DNA of 64,000 nucleotides from Patescibacteria group bacterium (GTDB lineage: Bacteria; Patescibacteriota; Minisyncoccia; Minisyncoccales; UBA5738). Each line of letters opens with the position of its first letter. Within the stretch, counting starts at the first letter, position 1. The notes beneath the pieces are model-generated. The model worked only from the letters and a program-made list of their open reading frames with translations. It made no database searches and was not told where the DNA came from. Below are positions 17,254-25,550 of the stretch, in pieces. The stretch covers positions 5,824 to 69,823 of the forward strand of contig JAKLGH010000001.1 of NCBI GenBank assembly GCA_022710775.1. The letters are read 5' to 3'. A program made the translations under genes and the position numbers.

Positions 17254-17295
17254 ATGACAGTAGGCCATTTTGTCAATTTGACATGGGACAAAATT

Positions 17296-17425
17296 TAATC
17301 GCTAATCGTTAACTTTTAATCCTTAATCATTGATTGTTAACCTTTAACCATTGATTGTTAACATTTAATCATTGATCCTTGATCGTTAACCTTTAACCAT
17401 TGATGATTAACAATTAATCCTTTAA
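17296..17425 (+). repeat. Heptanucleotide array, TAAYC/TGATY type (about 18 units)
   Basis: taatcgt taacttt taatcct taatcat tgattgt taacctt taaccat tgattgt taacatt taatcat tgatcct tgatcgt taacctt taaccat tgatgat taacaat taatcct. Confidence 0.9.
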
Positions 17426-17563
17426 CGACGAGTGCGGGTATTTGGCGAGGATTGGCCTCAAAAAGACCGGAGGCCTAACCTCTCAAATTCCCAATACCGA
17501 ATTCATACTTTCCCAATATTCAACAACCCCGGCCTGAAGGCCGGGGCTTGCGACCCGGTTAAG

Positions 17564-18187
17564 TCAAGGAAAAGCGATTTTTTTTACCTGGTTTTTTAGA
17601 AAATCTTTAATTTCCTCGAAATCAATTTGGCCGCCGCTCTTAAAATTTATCGGCTCCATTACCAGATCATCAAAAAAAACCAGGCTTTTTAAAACCAGAT
17701 TTTCATCCAGCCCGGGAAGTTTTTTTGATAACGCGGACAAAATATCCTTAAGGGGCGTCATTTTCAAAATGTAATACAGGTCAATATAATCTTTGTTGGT
17801 TCCCCGGCCGGTAATGGCCGATAGCTTCATACAGGCAATATCTTCAATCGAAGCTATATTTAGATAAGGCTCGCTGATCAAGCTATTAACCAATTCATAC
17901 GGATAAAAGAAAAAGCTTAATTTAAGGCTATCATCGATAAAAACAGTAAGCGTTCCGGCTTCTTCCTGGGCTTTGATAATTTTATGGCCGGCAAATGCTT
18001 TCGCGGTTTGCTCGAAAACCGCCGAAGTATTAATTTCGGTTTGGGAAAAAAAATCAAAGTCAACGCTATCGCGATGGCCTATCTGCAAAGCAAGGCCGGT
18101 GCCGCCGGCCAGGTAGAATTGATCCTTGAATACATTTAAAAGCGGAAGGATGGCGCTTCTTTTTTCATCTAAAATTTCGTAATGCAT
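17564..18187 (-). CDS. Nucleotidyltransferase AbiEii/AbiGii-type toxin family protein
   Basis: 207 aa. The N-terminal pattern FYLAGGTGLALQIGHRDSVDFDFFS matches the family signature as I recall it (LAGGTALAL..GHR.S.DLDFF). Confidence 0.7.
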   Translation of the reverse strand: MHYEILDEKRSAILPLLNVFKDQFYLAGGTGLALQIGHRDSVDFDFFSQTEINTSAVFEQTAKAFAGHKIIKAQEEAGTLTVFIDDSLKLSFFFYPYELVNSLISEPYLNIASIEDIACMKLSAITGRGTNKDYIDLYYILKMTPLKDILSALSKKLPGLDENLVLKSLVFFDDLVMEPINFKSGGQIDFEEIKDFLKNQVKKIAFP

Positions 18188-18193
18188 AAGCGA

Positions 18194-18475
18194 TTATTTA
18201 GCGAGCCGCCTTTTAGAAATTTCCTGTTTATTTATTTCGAGCAAAAAACTCCAATAATTCAATGATTTCGGGCTTAATTCGCCGGAGCCATGCCGGATAA
18301 TGGTTTTTGTTATTACATCGCGCGGATAATATCGCAACAGCCAATCGGAAGCCAGCCGATCGCCCAGGTTTAAAACGTTAAGGATTATTCTTTCCCTGTT
18401 TTCTTTAAGGTCAATTTGGGTTAGGTCGCTGGACCAAAGATATTTTGCCACGCCCGGAGGCAGGTGTTCGTTCAT
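18194..18475 (-). CDS. Small partner protein of the AbiEii-like gene (putative antitoxin-side component)
   Basis: I place the start at MNEHLPPGVAKYLWSSDL (ATG = complement of 18473-18475; 93 aa). It ends 6 nt before the AbiEii-like start. The longer ORF-track version (196 aa) overlaps the upstream gene with an R/P-rich, implausible N-terminus. Confidence 0.55.
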   Translation of the reverse strand: MNEHLPPGVAKYLWSSDLTQIDLKENRERIILNVLNLGDRLASDWLLRYYPRDVITKTIIRHGSGELSPKSLNYWSFLLEINKQEISKRRLAK

Positions 18476-18521
18476 AGGCCTATTATAGCACAATTTAGGC
18501 TTAAATTGAACCTGCCGATTC

Positions 18522-19862
18522 TTATTGGATGGGTGTTGAGGTGGCGTTTTCTTCGTTTGATTGCTGGGGGATGATGGCCGGCGGGCCGGTGATGGCTTCA
18601 ACAGCCTGGCCGGGGTTGCCGCTTCCGGGCGCGGCAAACGGCACAATCTCGATGGCCCGGCCCGGATCGAGCAGCACGCTATCCCCTGTTGTCTCCGTGC
18701 TGGTGGCGTTGCGGATAATATCAATAGCCTCAACGATATCTTGCGGAGGCATCGGCGCAATATCCGAGGGCGGCAGGGCGGCATCGGATATTGCTTGCGG
18801 AGCGGCAGAGGCGCGGCCGGAGTTTGAGGCTTCCTCTTCGGCCGCGATTTGGTTCATTAAGTCTTCCATTGACATCATGGGCGGGCAAAAATCACGCTCG
18901 CTGACCGCTTCGCCGACAAACGCCGCGTTGTTCCTTCCATAAGCAACCACTTTGATCCGGGCCGTATGCGTAACATAAGCGGTATCGTAGGGAAGCATCC
19001 ACAGATACGAGCCGGTATTGGGCAAGGGGGCCGGATTGATCTTAGGCAGCCAGTGGCGGCCGCTGTCGTTTGAATAATAAATATCGATGAGCAAATCGCT
19101 GTCCGGACCATAGGGATTATGGGCCGTCCAGCGGATATTGTACTGGCAGTTAGCATTCATCGCATCGGGCTTACGTTCAGTGCACCATTTGCTGCAAGCC
19201 TGATCGCGAGGGCACTGTGGCGCCACCACATACCAATGCTGTCCGCCATCGGGATAAATGACATCGACATCGGGCGTATTGCGGACTACCCGGATGTGGC
19301 TAGGAAGGTTTTCGATATGACTAAAGCCTGTTCCGTATAGCTGGCGCGCCCGGAAAATAATATCGAAATAGCAATCGGAATCGTATATCACGCTGGCCAT
19401 ATTATCCACCCGAGCCGAGAATGACCATTCCGCGGTCGAGGAGGCGTATTCCCCGGCATCATAGGCAAAATCAACCAACGGACCGCTATAAACTACCGAA
19501 TTTCCAAGCGAGGCATCAAGCAACAAGTTATCACAGACATCAAGCGTAGTTGTGGCCGCCTGGATTCCGACATCATACTGAAAATCAATAGTTCCGGCGG
19601 CAATAATGCGGATAGCGCGTTCAGATACGCCAACTTGCGCATTAATTTCCGGGAATTCGGCAGGTGAAACAAGAGAAAAGTCAATCATACCAATCCGGAA
19701 CGTATTGCTATCACTAGACCTGGTTCGGGAAAAATACGCCCAAACCGGTGCCGGAATCATAAGACTGGGAAGAACAATCAGAATAATCAAAAAACCACTG
19801 ATCAGAGACCGCAGCAATTTTCCGAATTCAAAATACCTATGATTCTTAAAAACGTTGATCAT
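18522..19862 (-). CDS. TasA/camelysin-like secreted protein with a SipW-cognate-type N-terminus, an Ig-like domain and an S/T/P-rich tail
   Basis: 446 aa. The N-terminal TM is followed by VWAYFSRTRSSDSNTFRIGMIDFSL. The Ig-like block is YNIRWTAHNPYGPDSDLLIDIYY. The tail contains N-x-T motifs (IRNATSTE, EENATST). The start overlaps the sipW stop as ATGA. Confidence 0.75.
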   Translation of the reverse strand: MINVFKNHRYFEFGKLLRSLISGFLIILIVLPSLMIPAPVWAYFSRTRSSDSNTFRIGMIDFSLVSPAEFPEINAQVGVSERAIRIIAAGTIDFQYDVGIQAATTTLDVCDNLLLDASLGNSVVYSGPLVDFAYDAGEYASSTAEWSFSARVDNMASVIYDSDCYFDIIFRARQLYGTGFSHIENLPSHIRVVRNTPDVDVIYPDGGQHWYVVAPQCPRDQACSKWCTERKPDAMNANCQYNIRWTAHNPYGPDSDLLIDIYYSNDSGRHWLPKINPAPLPNTGSYLWMLPYDTAYVTHTARIKVVAYGRNNAAFVGEAVSERDFCPPMMSMEDLMNQIAAEEEASNSGRASAAPQAISDAALPPSDIAPMPPQDIVEAIDIIRNATSTETTGDSVLLDPGRAIEIVPFAAPGSGNPGQAVEAITGPPAIIPQQSNEENATSTPIQ

Positions 19863-20401
19863 ACCTTGTGATCTTCACGGTTTTTAACCGCGTGCAGCTG
19901 GCAGAAAATTTTTTGGAATTCATTATAAATGACCAGGCTCGCCGGTATAAAAACAATAGCCGTAAAAACAATCGGCTTTTTTGCCCACCCCAGCAAGAAG
20001 CCCACCCAAGGAAGCGTAAAAATAACTTGGCCGATTATTTCGTTTGGTTTAACTGGATCAGAATCCTCAAATTCGTTCCCATCTCCCTTAACAATATAAA
20101 CCGTTTCGTAATTATCCTGTTCAATCCTGGTAATCCGATGCGTTACCGAGACCATTTTATCCTCAACAGTCGAAAAAGAAATGATATCCCCAACTTTGTA
20201 TTCTGATCGAGGGCTGACCACTACAACACCTCCTGTTTTGATAGCAGGCTCCATGGAGCCTGACATAACGGAAAAAAATTTAATATTTCCGGGAACCGGC
20301 AAAATAGTAATAGCTAAAAAAAACGCAACTGAAACCAATAGGACAACGCATAACTTTTTTAATATATTGATAATTCTTTTCAAATTTAACATATTCATCA
20401 A
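19859..20401 (-). CDS. sipW: Signal peptidase I, SipW / archaeal-ER type (copy 2)
   Basis: 180 aa with an N-terminal TM, the Ser box MSGSMEPAIKTGGVVVV, the His box SVTHRI and a C-terminal TM. Confidence 0.85.
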   Translation of the reverse strand: MMNMLNLKRIINILKKLCVVLLVSVAFFLAITILPVPGNIKFFSVMSGSMEPAIKTGGVVVVSPRSEYKVGDIISFSTVEDKMVSVTHRITRIEQDNYETVYIVKGDGNEFEDSDPVKPNEIIGQVIFTLPWVGFLLGWAKKPIVFTAIVFIPASLVIYNEFQKIFCQLHAVKNREDHKV

Positions 20402-20475
20402 CTAAATATTTCTATCTGGAAAATAAATCTTTTAGCAGCCGCCCCAGCGGCTGAGGCGGCCAAAAAAGACTTAAA

Positions 20476-21219
20476 CTACCAATTAACACCACCGGCTATT
20501 CCGGGATCATTCGCTTGATGAATAGTGACACTGGCAATAGCTTCAATTGAAGCGTCTTGAAGAGTATCTGGCGCGTCGCCATCAAGCTGTACCATTAATT
20601 CTGTCTCGTGAACATCATCCTGGTTCCAAACAACCTCATCACCACCGCTATAATCACGATAATAGATTGTTATTGTTGAAAGGCCGAACAGGGTCGGGGC
20701 AAGATTAGGCATGGCAACACCGTCAACTGTAATATCTCCTGGTGCTAAACGCTGAATATACCCTTGAGCGATGCCATCAGCTTCCGAGAGGCCCGCATCT
20801 TCCAAGATTCTCTTGGCCCAATACGCTTGCCTGTCTAAAGCAGTTCCATCTAGCTTGGCATTCGTTATTATCATTTCTTTGGCAATATTGTCTGTCGTGG
20901 CATCACCGATGCCCGAATACGACATCTCAACTTTCACTTTTCCGGGAATCGGTTTTCCGTTCTTTACCTGTAAAGTAAACGGTCCAACTTCCAAGCCGGG
21001 ATACATATCGTTGTGAGTAGCAAAAACAACGTTTTCGGTTGTGAATTGATCGTCTCCGTTTGCCAGCAATAAGTCTATCCTTGTCATCGAAAAGGTATTG
21101 CCAGTGCTCGTTCTTGTTCTCGCCCAATAAGCATATGTAATGCCGCCCGCGATTGTTGCAACAACAAGAATCGTGGCAATGCTTGCTAAAATTTTTTGAT
21201 TCATTTTTTTGTTAATCAA
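20476..21219 (-). CDS. TasA/camelysin-like secreted protein (candidate fibre subunit)
   Basis: 247 aa. The N-terminus ILASIATILVVATIAGGITYAYWARTRTSTGNTFSMTRIDLLL is the SipW-cognate signal pattern. A single beta-rich domain follows. Confidence 0.75.
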   Translation of the reverse strand: MINKKMNQKILASIATILVVATIAGGITYAYWARTRTSTGNTFSMTRIDLLLANGDDQFTTENVVFATHNDMYPGLEVGPFTLQVKNGKPIPGKVKVEMSYSGIGDATTDNIAKEMIITNAKLDGTALDRQAYWAKRILEDAGLSEADGIAQGYIQRLAPGDITVDGVAMPNLAPTLFGLSTITIYYRDYSGGDEVVWNQDDVHETELMVQLDGDAPDTLQDASIEAIASVTIHQANDPGIAGGVNW

Positions 21220-21611
21220 TTATGTGTTTTTTAATCTTTATACATTTCAACTTACGGTGCCCCGGCGATTAAAGGATGCCAGCACCGGCGGACACATTTA
21301 AGCCTGGATCTTGGCGGGCCGGCTCGACCGTATAGGCCGGGCAATAAAAAAACGGCCCGGCGCCGCGTAATTAAAAAACCAAAAAACATTTGAAAACCAC
21401 TAGTAATCAATACCCGGCCTACGCGCGGACTTGTACGCCCGCGCATTCGGTGGAACACCTCAAACATTTTACTGTTTTCGGCCATTTAGTGTTTAAAACG
21501 AAAATTTAAAAAATACCGTACTTTTAATTTTAGGCCGTTGAACCGGCGGGTCAAATTAAAAGATATGCACACTTGGGGATAACCGTCCTAGGCCATAACA
21601 ACGAACTCCAA

Positions 21612-21644
21612 TTTTTAAAAAAACAAAACCCCAAAAGAATGGGG
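21612..21644 (-). terminator. Rho-independent terminator after the 551-aa gene
   Basis: Minus strand reads CCCCAttctttTGGGGTTTTGTTTTTTT. Confidence 0.6.
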
Positions 21645-21759
21645 CAAGTTTTGCCGGGTCTATTAATTTAACCTCCCAGAAGTATTTTTCCCATAATGAT
21701 GGTTGATGCTGATCGCGCGATGTCGAACGGCGGGCCGGATTTCCCGGCCCGCCATACGT

Positions 21760-23415
21760 TTAAAGGGTGGATGCCGGCTTGTTGCCAGGCATTGATGAGT
21801 TGGCAAATTGGACATTCTTAGAACCGCTAAGCCGGATAACGCCGGCGGCCTTGCGGCGGTCGTATTCGTATCCAACGACCGTGGCGGCCAGCAAAGCGAT
21901 GAACGGCCACCAAGGCAGGCAGCGCTGAGCGAAATACGCCCAGACAGCCAGGCCGACCGGCAGAAGGCTGGAATAGATCCAGGCGCGGCCCGAAGCGTTA
22001 AAGAATTTCTTTTGCGTTTGGTCGATCGTTTCTTTAGCTTCGTTGAACCGCGAACGGCTTTTATACATGGGGTAGGCGGCAAAAACCAGGAACAGCCACC
22101 AAGGGACATAGGGCGAGCAGGCCTGCCAGCCGGTCAGGCCGGCTATTCCCCCAAGCATATCCCAAAGGCTCCCGGCCATCAAAGGCGACAAAGCTTTAGT
22201 GGAACCGTTTTGTTCTGCCTGGCCGGTTAACGGATCCATGGCATCATCGCTTCCCTGCTCGGTTTCAAGACCAAGGACGTTGCCGCTGTTTGAACTGCTT
22301 GACAGGAGGCCCGCTACACCCGCGCCGCTGGCGCCGGACGCGTTGTTTTGCGGACACGCCGTCACAAACCAGTAGCCTTCGCTAATGCTGGGAGCGGGGG
22401 CCGAGGCGCGGCTGACAACGCGATAGTAATAGGTTTGGCACTCTTTTAAACCGCTTAACCCGACGGTGTGGCTGGCAACCAAATCGCGGCCAGCTTCTCC
22501 GGGGTAAATGGCCATATAGCCATACGCGGGCAAATCGTCGAGATCCAACGAAGTATCGCCGCCGGCCGGAGAAATAATCACCTGGCTGGTGGCATCTAAA
22601 TTGGTGTCCCATTTGATCGAAACGGCGGACGCGGTGATATCTTCGGCCCGGACATTGGTAATGAGCAAGCCCGGAACACCGCCGCTGATAAACCCGGATG
22701 TGCGGCGCCTTACCGGGCCGCTGTCATCGGAATCGTCATCGCCGGTCGAGTCATCATCGGAGTCATCATCGCTGTCGTCGTCAGAGTCGTCATCCGGAGC
22801 GGCATCGTCATTAGCGTCATCATCCGGGGCAACATCATCATCGGCGTCGTCGGAATCGTCATCGCTGTCGTCGTCAGCGTCGTCAGAATCGTCGGAATCG
22901 TCAGAGTCATCATCGCCGCCAAGGTCGTCGCTGGCGTTAACGGCCAAATCGAAACCGACGGTCTTGCCCTGGTAGGCATTACCGGCCAGGCGGTCGAACT
23001 CTAGCGTAAAGTCGTATGATTCAGCGGCATAAGCACCCAGCGTTGAAAGAAGGACATGGCCTCCGTTAAAGAAATTGGACAGCGAATCATTATAAAGCGT
23101 ATCGCTACCTCTTTTAATCGTAAGCCGCATGGCATCGCCCAATCCGCCTGAATTTGATACATTATCCGCCCAGACCGTAATGTTCTTTGGGGAAACATCG
23201 AGGTTGCGCGCCCTGACCCATGAAGCGTCGCTGTCGCCGGGCATATAGCCGGTAAAGTTAAACATGGGCCCGGAACCGTTTTCGAAAACGATCTCGACTC
23301 CGGACACTTCGGTGGCCGATGCCGAAGCGGCTAAAGCCAAACCGGCCAAGCAGCAAACCGCGGACATTAGCAGCGACCCGATGGGAAATAATTTACTCAT
23401 GGTAATGTGTTTCAT
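21760..23415 (-). CDS. Membrane-anchored TasA-like / poly-acidic / fibronectin-III protein (candidate fibre anchor)
   Basis: 551 aa with a signal peptide (ALAASASA-TEV). The N-domain carries MFNFTGYMPGDSDASWVRARN. A D/S tract of about 65 aa follows, then an Fn3-like domain (ITASAVSIKWDTNLDATSQVIISP...YYYRVVS) and about 3 C-terminal TM helices. Confidence 0.7.
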   Translation of the reverse strand: MKHITMSKLFPIGSLLMSAVCCLAGLALAASASATEVSGVEIVFENGSGPMFNFTGYMPGDSDASWVRARNLDVSPKNITVWADNVSNSGGLGDAMRLTIKRGSDTLYNDSLSNFFNGGHVLLSTLGAYAAESYDFTLEFDRLAGNAYQGKTVGFDLAVNASDDLGGDDDSDDSDDSDDADDDSDDDSDDADDDVAPDDDANDDAAPDDDSDDDSDDDSDDDSTGDDDSDDSGPVRRRTSGFISGGVPGLLITNVRAEDITASAVSIKWDTNLDATSQVIISPAGGDTSLDLDDLPAYGYMAIYPGEAGRDLVASHTVGLSGLKECQTYYYRVVSRASAPAPSISEGYWFVTACPQNNASGASGAGVAGLLSSSSNSGNVLGLETEQGSDDAMDPLTGQAEQNGSTKALSPLMAGSLWDMLGGIAGLTGWQACSPYVPWWLFLVFAAYPMYKSRSRFNEAKETIDQTQKKFFNASGRAWIYSSLLPVGLAVWAYFAQRCLPWWPFIALLAATVVGYEYDRRKAAGVIRLSGSKNVQFANSSMPGNKPASTL

Positions 23416-23426
23416 TTCGTTTTACG

Positions 23427-25283
23427 TCAAATTTCTCCTTTCGGGTCATCGACGGCAATTTCTTGCGTCGAGGTCGCGGTTCCGTTCGACTGGGAAACCG
23501 GCAAACCATTACTTTGGCCGCTATCGGAAAGCGGGTTATCGTTAAGCGTCAATGAATTGGTTGTGGCCGGATTGGCGGTAATTCCGGAATCGGTCTGGCT
23601 GGTTGATGTGCCGGTCAATTGCTCTTCGGTGGCGATCAAATCAATGACCGGAGCGGTCGAGGTGCCGTTATCGATCTCAATTTCGGGAATGACTGATACG
23701 GCGCCGTCATCAGTGGTGGTGGCATTATCATCAACGGGAATGGTGGATGTGGCATCGGTTGTTGTAGCGCTGCTGCCGCCGTCGCCTCCGGGCACGTAGT
23801 CAAGGATTTCTTCATCGCTGGAAGGCGGAGGAGGAATAATATCGTCACTGTCGGGTTCAAAAATCGCGCGGCTGCGGGTTAAGCCCGTTACCATGAAGTT
23901 ATCGGTGTTCCTGACAACCGCTTTAATCCAAACATAGCCGAAGAAATGGAATGGGCCAGAAATCGTTAAATTGTACTTTCCGCTATAGGCCAAGCCGGCC
24001 GCGATAGGAATCACCGAATCGGTCGAATCGTAAGCATTGTTGCCGTTGGTGTCCATTATGTAGTACAGATCAACCAGCAAATTGCTGTCGGGGCCGCTGG
24101 GGTTGGACGCCGTCCAGGAGATCGCGTATGTCCGGCCGTAAATATACATGCCGGTGGTGCCGACCGACGTAATAGTAATCGTGGGCATCGCGTAGTCTTT
24201 CCAATCGGCTACGGTATCGGTATCGGTTCCGCTGGGATAGCGCCCCAAAGCATGGCCTTGGCCGGCATCAACGACGCCCGGATTCCAGACATTGGCGTTA
24301 TACAACGGCCAAGCCGGATCAGGAGTGCCGTAATTCATTTGGTCGGTAATATGGCCGTCGGGATCTTTTAGGATGACCATTCCGTTATCGTTATTTAGGG
24401 CGATGGTCAGCGCGCCTTCGACAAACTGGTCGATCTTAATAACCCCGGCCGGAATCGTCCAATAGCCCCAAGTGGCGCTTTTCGGCGAAACCAGGGCAAA
24501 GCCTTCGGCCGGTATCCAGGAATCGTTCTTAACCGTTTCGCAGGCCGACTGGTTGCAAATTTTCCAATTCTTCAAATTGACGGCCTCATCGTTCGGGTTA
24601 TAAATCTCAATCCATTCATTGTTGGGATCGGTACCCTTGCCGCAGGCCACATCGTAATAGATCTTATTGACGATCATGGGGATGTTCGCGCCGCAATCGC
24701 CCCGGGTGATCAAATTCGCTATTGTTTGCCCGTCGGTAAACCCACCGCCGGACAAATTCATTTGCCAGCTGGCATAGGCAAAATCGAAACTGCAGGTGCT
24801 GTTATCCGGCGCGTTGGCCGCCCACTCGGCCTCAAACGTCCATTCATGGGTGGTGCCCGGACCGATCTCGGAAAAGACCTGATCGTTGCATTCAAAACCT
24901 ACCAGGTTGCCGGAGCAGACCGGGACACCGTCGAGGCTGGCTTGCAAAGTCAAATATGGACATAGGCCCCCGGTGACATTGGCGGTTTTGAGCTTATAGC
25001 GGAAAGGGTTGCCTAAATTTGTAATGGTTATTTTTCTGCTCGGCTTTGCCTCGCATTGGCCCTGCGGGGTGAAATCGGACGCCGACGAGAGATTGAAATG
25101 AAGATTTCCCATGGCGAACAAATTATTCGCGAGACCTTCAATATCGCTGAAATTAGCTTTGGTCGCAACGATACCTAAACTGCCAATTCCCACCGTTATG
25201 AGAAAAGCTAATGCCAAGTATATCTTGTTGCTAGTTCTCGAAATCACGCCGCAATTGGTATTTTGGATTATTACCGTGTTCAT
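23427..25283 (-). CDS. Large TasA-like secreted protein with a lamin-tail domain (LTD), an Ig-like domain and an S/T-rich tail
   Basis: 618 aa with the N-terminus LGIVATKANFSDIEGLANNLFAMGNLHFNL. The LTD pattern is NEWIEIYNPNDEAVNLKNWKI. The Ig-like block is YAISWTASNPSGPDSNLLVDLYY. The tail has DNATTT, DNGTST and SNGTATST. Confidence 0.75.
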   Translation of the reverse strand: MNTVIIQNTNCGVISRTSNKIYLALAFLITVGIGSLGIVATKANFSDIEGLANNLFAMGNLHFNLSSASDFTPQGQCEAKPSRKITITNLGNPFRYKLKTANVTGGLCPYLTLQASLDGVPVCSGNLVGFECNDQVFSEIGPGTTHEWTFEAEWAANAPDNSTCSFDFAYASWQMNLSGGGFTDGQTIANLITRGDCGANIPMIVNKIYYDVACGKGTDPNNEWIEIYNPNDEAVNLKNWKICNQSACETVKNDSWIPAEGFALVSPKSATWGYWTIPAGVIKIDQFVEGALTIALNNDNGMVILKDPDGHITDQMNYGTPDPAWPLYNANVWNPGVVDAGQGHALGRYPSGTDTDTVADWKDYAMPTITITSVGTTGMYIYGRTYAISWTASNPSGPDSNLLVDLYYIMDTNGNNAYDSTDSVIPIAAGLAYSGKYNLTISGPFHFFGYVWIKAVVRNTDNFMVTGLTRSRAIFEPDSDDIIPPPPSSDEEILDYVPGGDGGSSATTTDATSTIPVDDNATTTDDGAVSVIPEIEIDNGTSTAPVIDLIATEEQLTGTSTSQTDSGITANPATTNSLTLNDNPLSDSGQSNGLPVSQSNGTATSTQEIAVDDPKGEI

Positions 25284-25336
25284 TCCTTGAATAGTCTTTA
25301 AGCTTATTAAGCTACTTAGGCCTTTTAAGCGGATAA

Positions 25337-25390
25337 TTCTTACTCTTCTTACTCTTCTTACTCTTCTTACTCTTCTTACTCTTCTTACTT
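25337..25390. repeat. 9-bp tandem repeat TTCTTACTC x6 in the 5' region of the 618-aa gene
   Basis: Six consecutive copies (the last is TTCTTACTT), 55-105 nt upstream of the start codon at 25283. Confidence 0.95.
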
Positions 25391-25406
25391 ACTGTCTGGC
25401 TCCTAC

Positions 25407-25454
25407 GGTGCTATTCTTGCAAGGTGCTATTACTGACAGAGCTATTGTTGTTAG
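25407..25454. repeat. 16-nt imperfect tandem repeat x3 (GGTGCTATTnnTGnnA)
   Basis: ggtgctattcttgcaa / ggtgctattactgaca / gagctattgttgttag. Confidence 0.8.
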
Positions 25455-25550
25455 GCTTTTGACATAGCTTTTCCGAAGCCCGATACCCTCCACGGCTCAT
25501 CGCCGCGAAGGGCTTCCGGCTCCCGAAAAATCCGGGATCAGAAATTGCGA

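Noticed and set aside
16977-17300. A chromosomal replication origin at the DnaA boxes.
   Set aside because: There are only two boxes, I could not identify an adjacent AT-rich unwinding element, and no dnaA, dnaN or other origin-linked genes lie nearby. I kept it as a possible DnaA-regulated promoter instead.
13160-17425. A diversity-generating retroelement, suggested by the Avd-family four-helix-bundle gene between two paralogous secreted proteins.
   Set aside because: No reverse-transcriptase ORF (no YxDD-type motif in any frame of the track) and no template/variable repeat pair were seen. The paralogs differ throughout rather than in one adenine-specific C-terminal patch.
18476-18784. A 103-aa N-terminal extension of ORF 18194..18784.
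   Set aside because: It overlaps the 3' end of the 446-aa TasA-like gene in another frame and is P/R-rich. The MNEHL start leaves a compact 93-aa protein.
21252-22109. ORFs 21252..21485 and 21663..22109 (and 21808..22230 on the plus strand).
   Set aside because: The first lies in the long untranslated gap upstream of the 247-aa TasA-like gene and has an R/G/P-rich composition. The others overlap the C-terminal TM region of the 551-aa gene in alternative frames.
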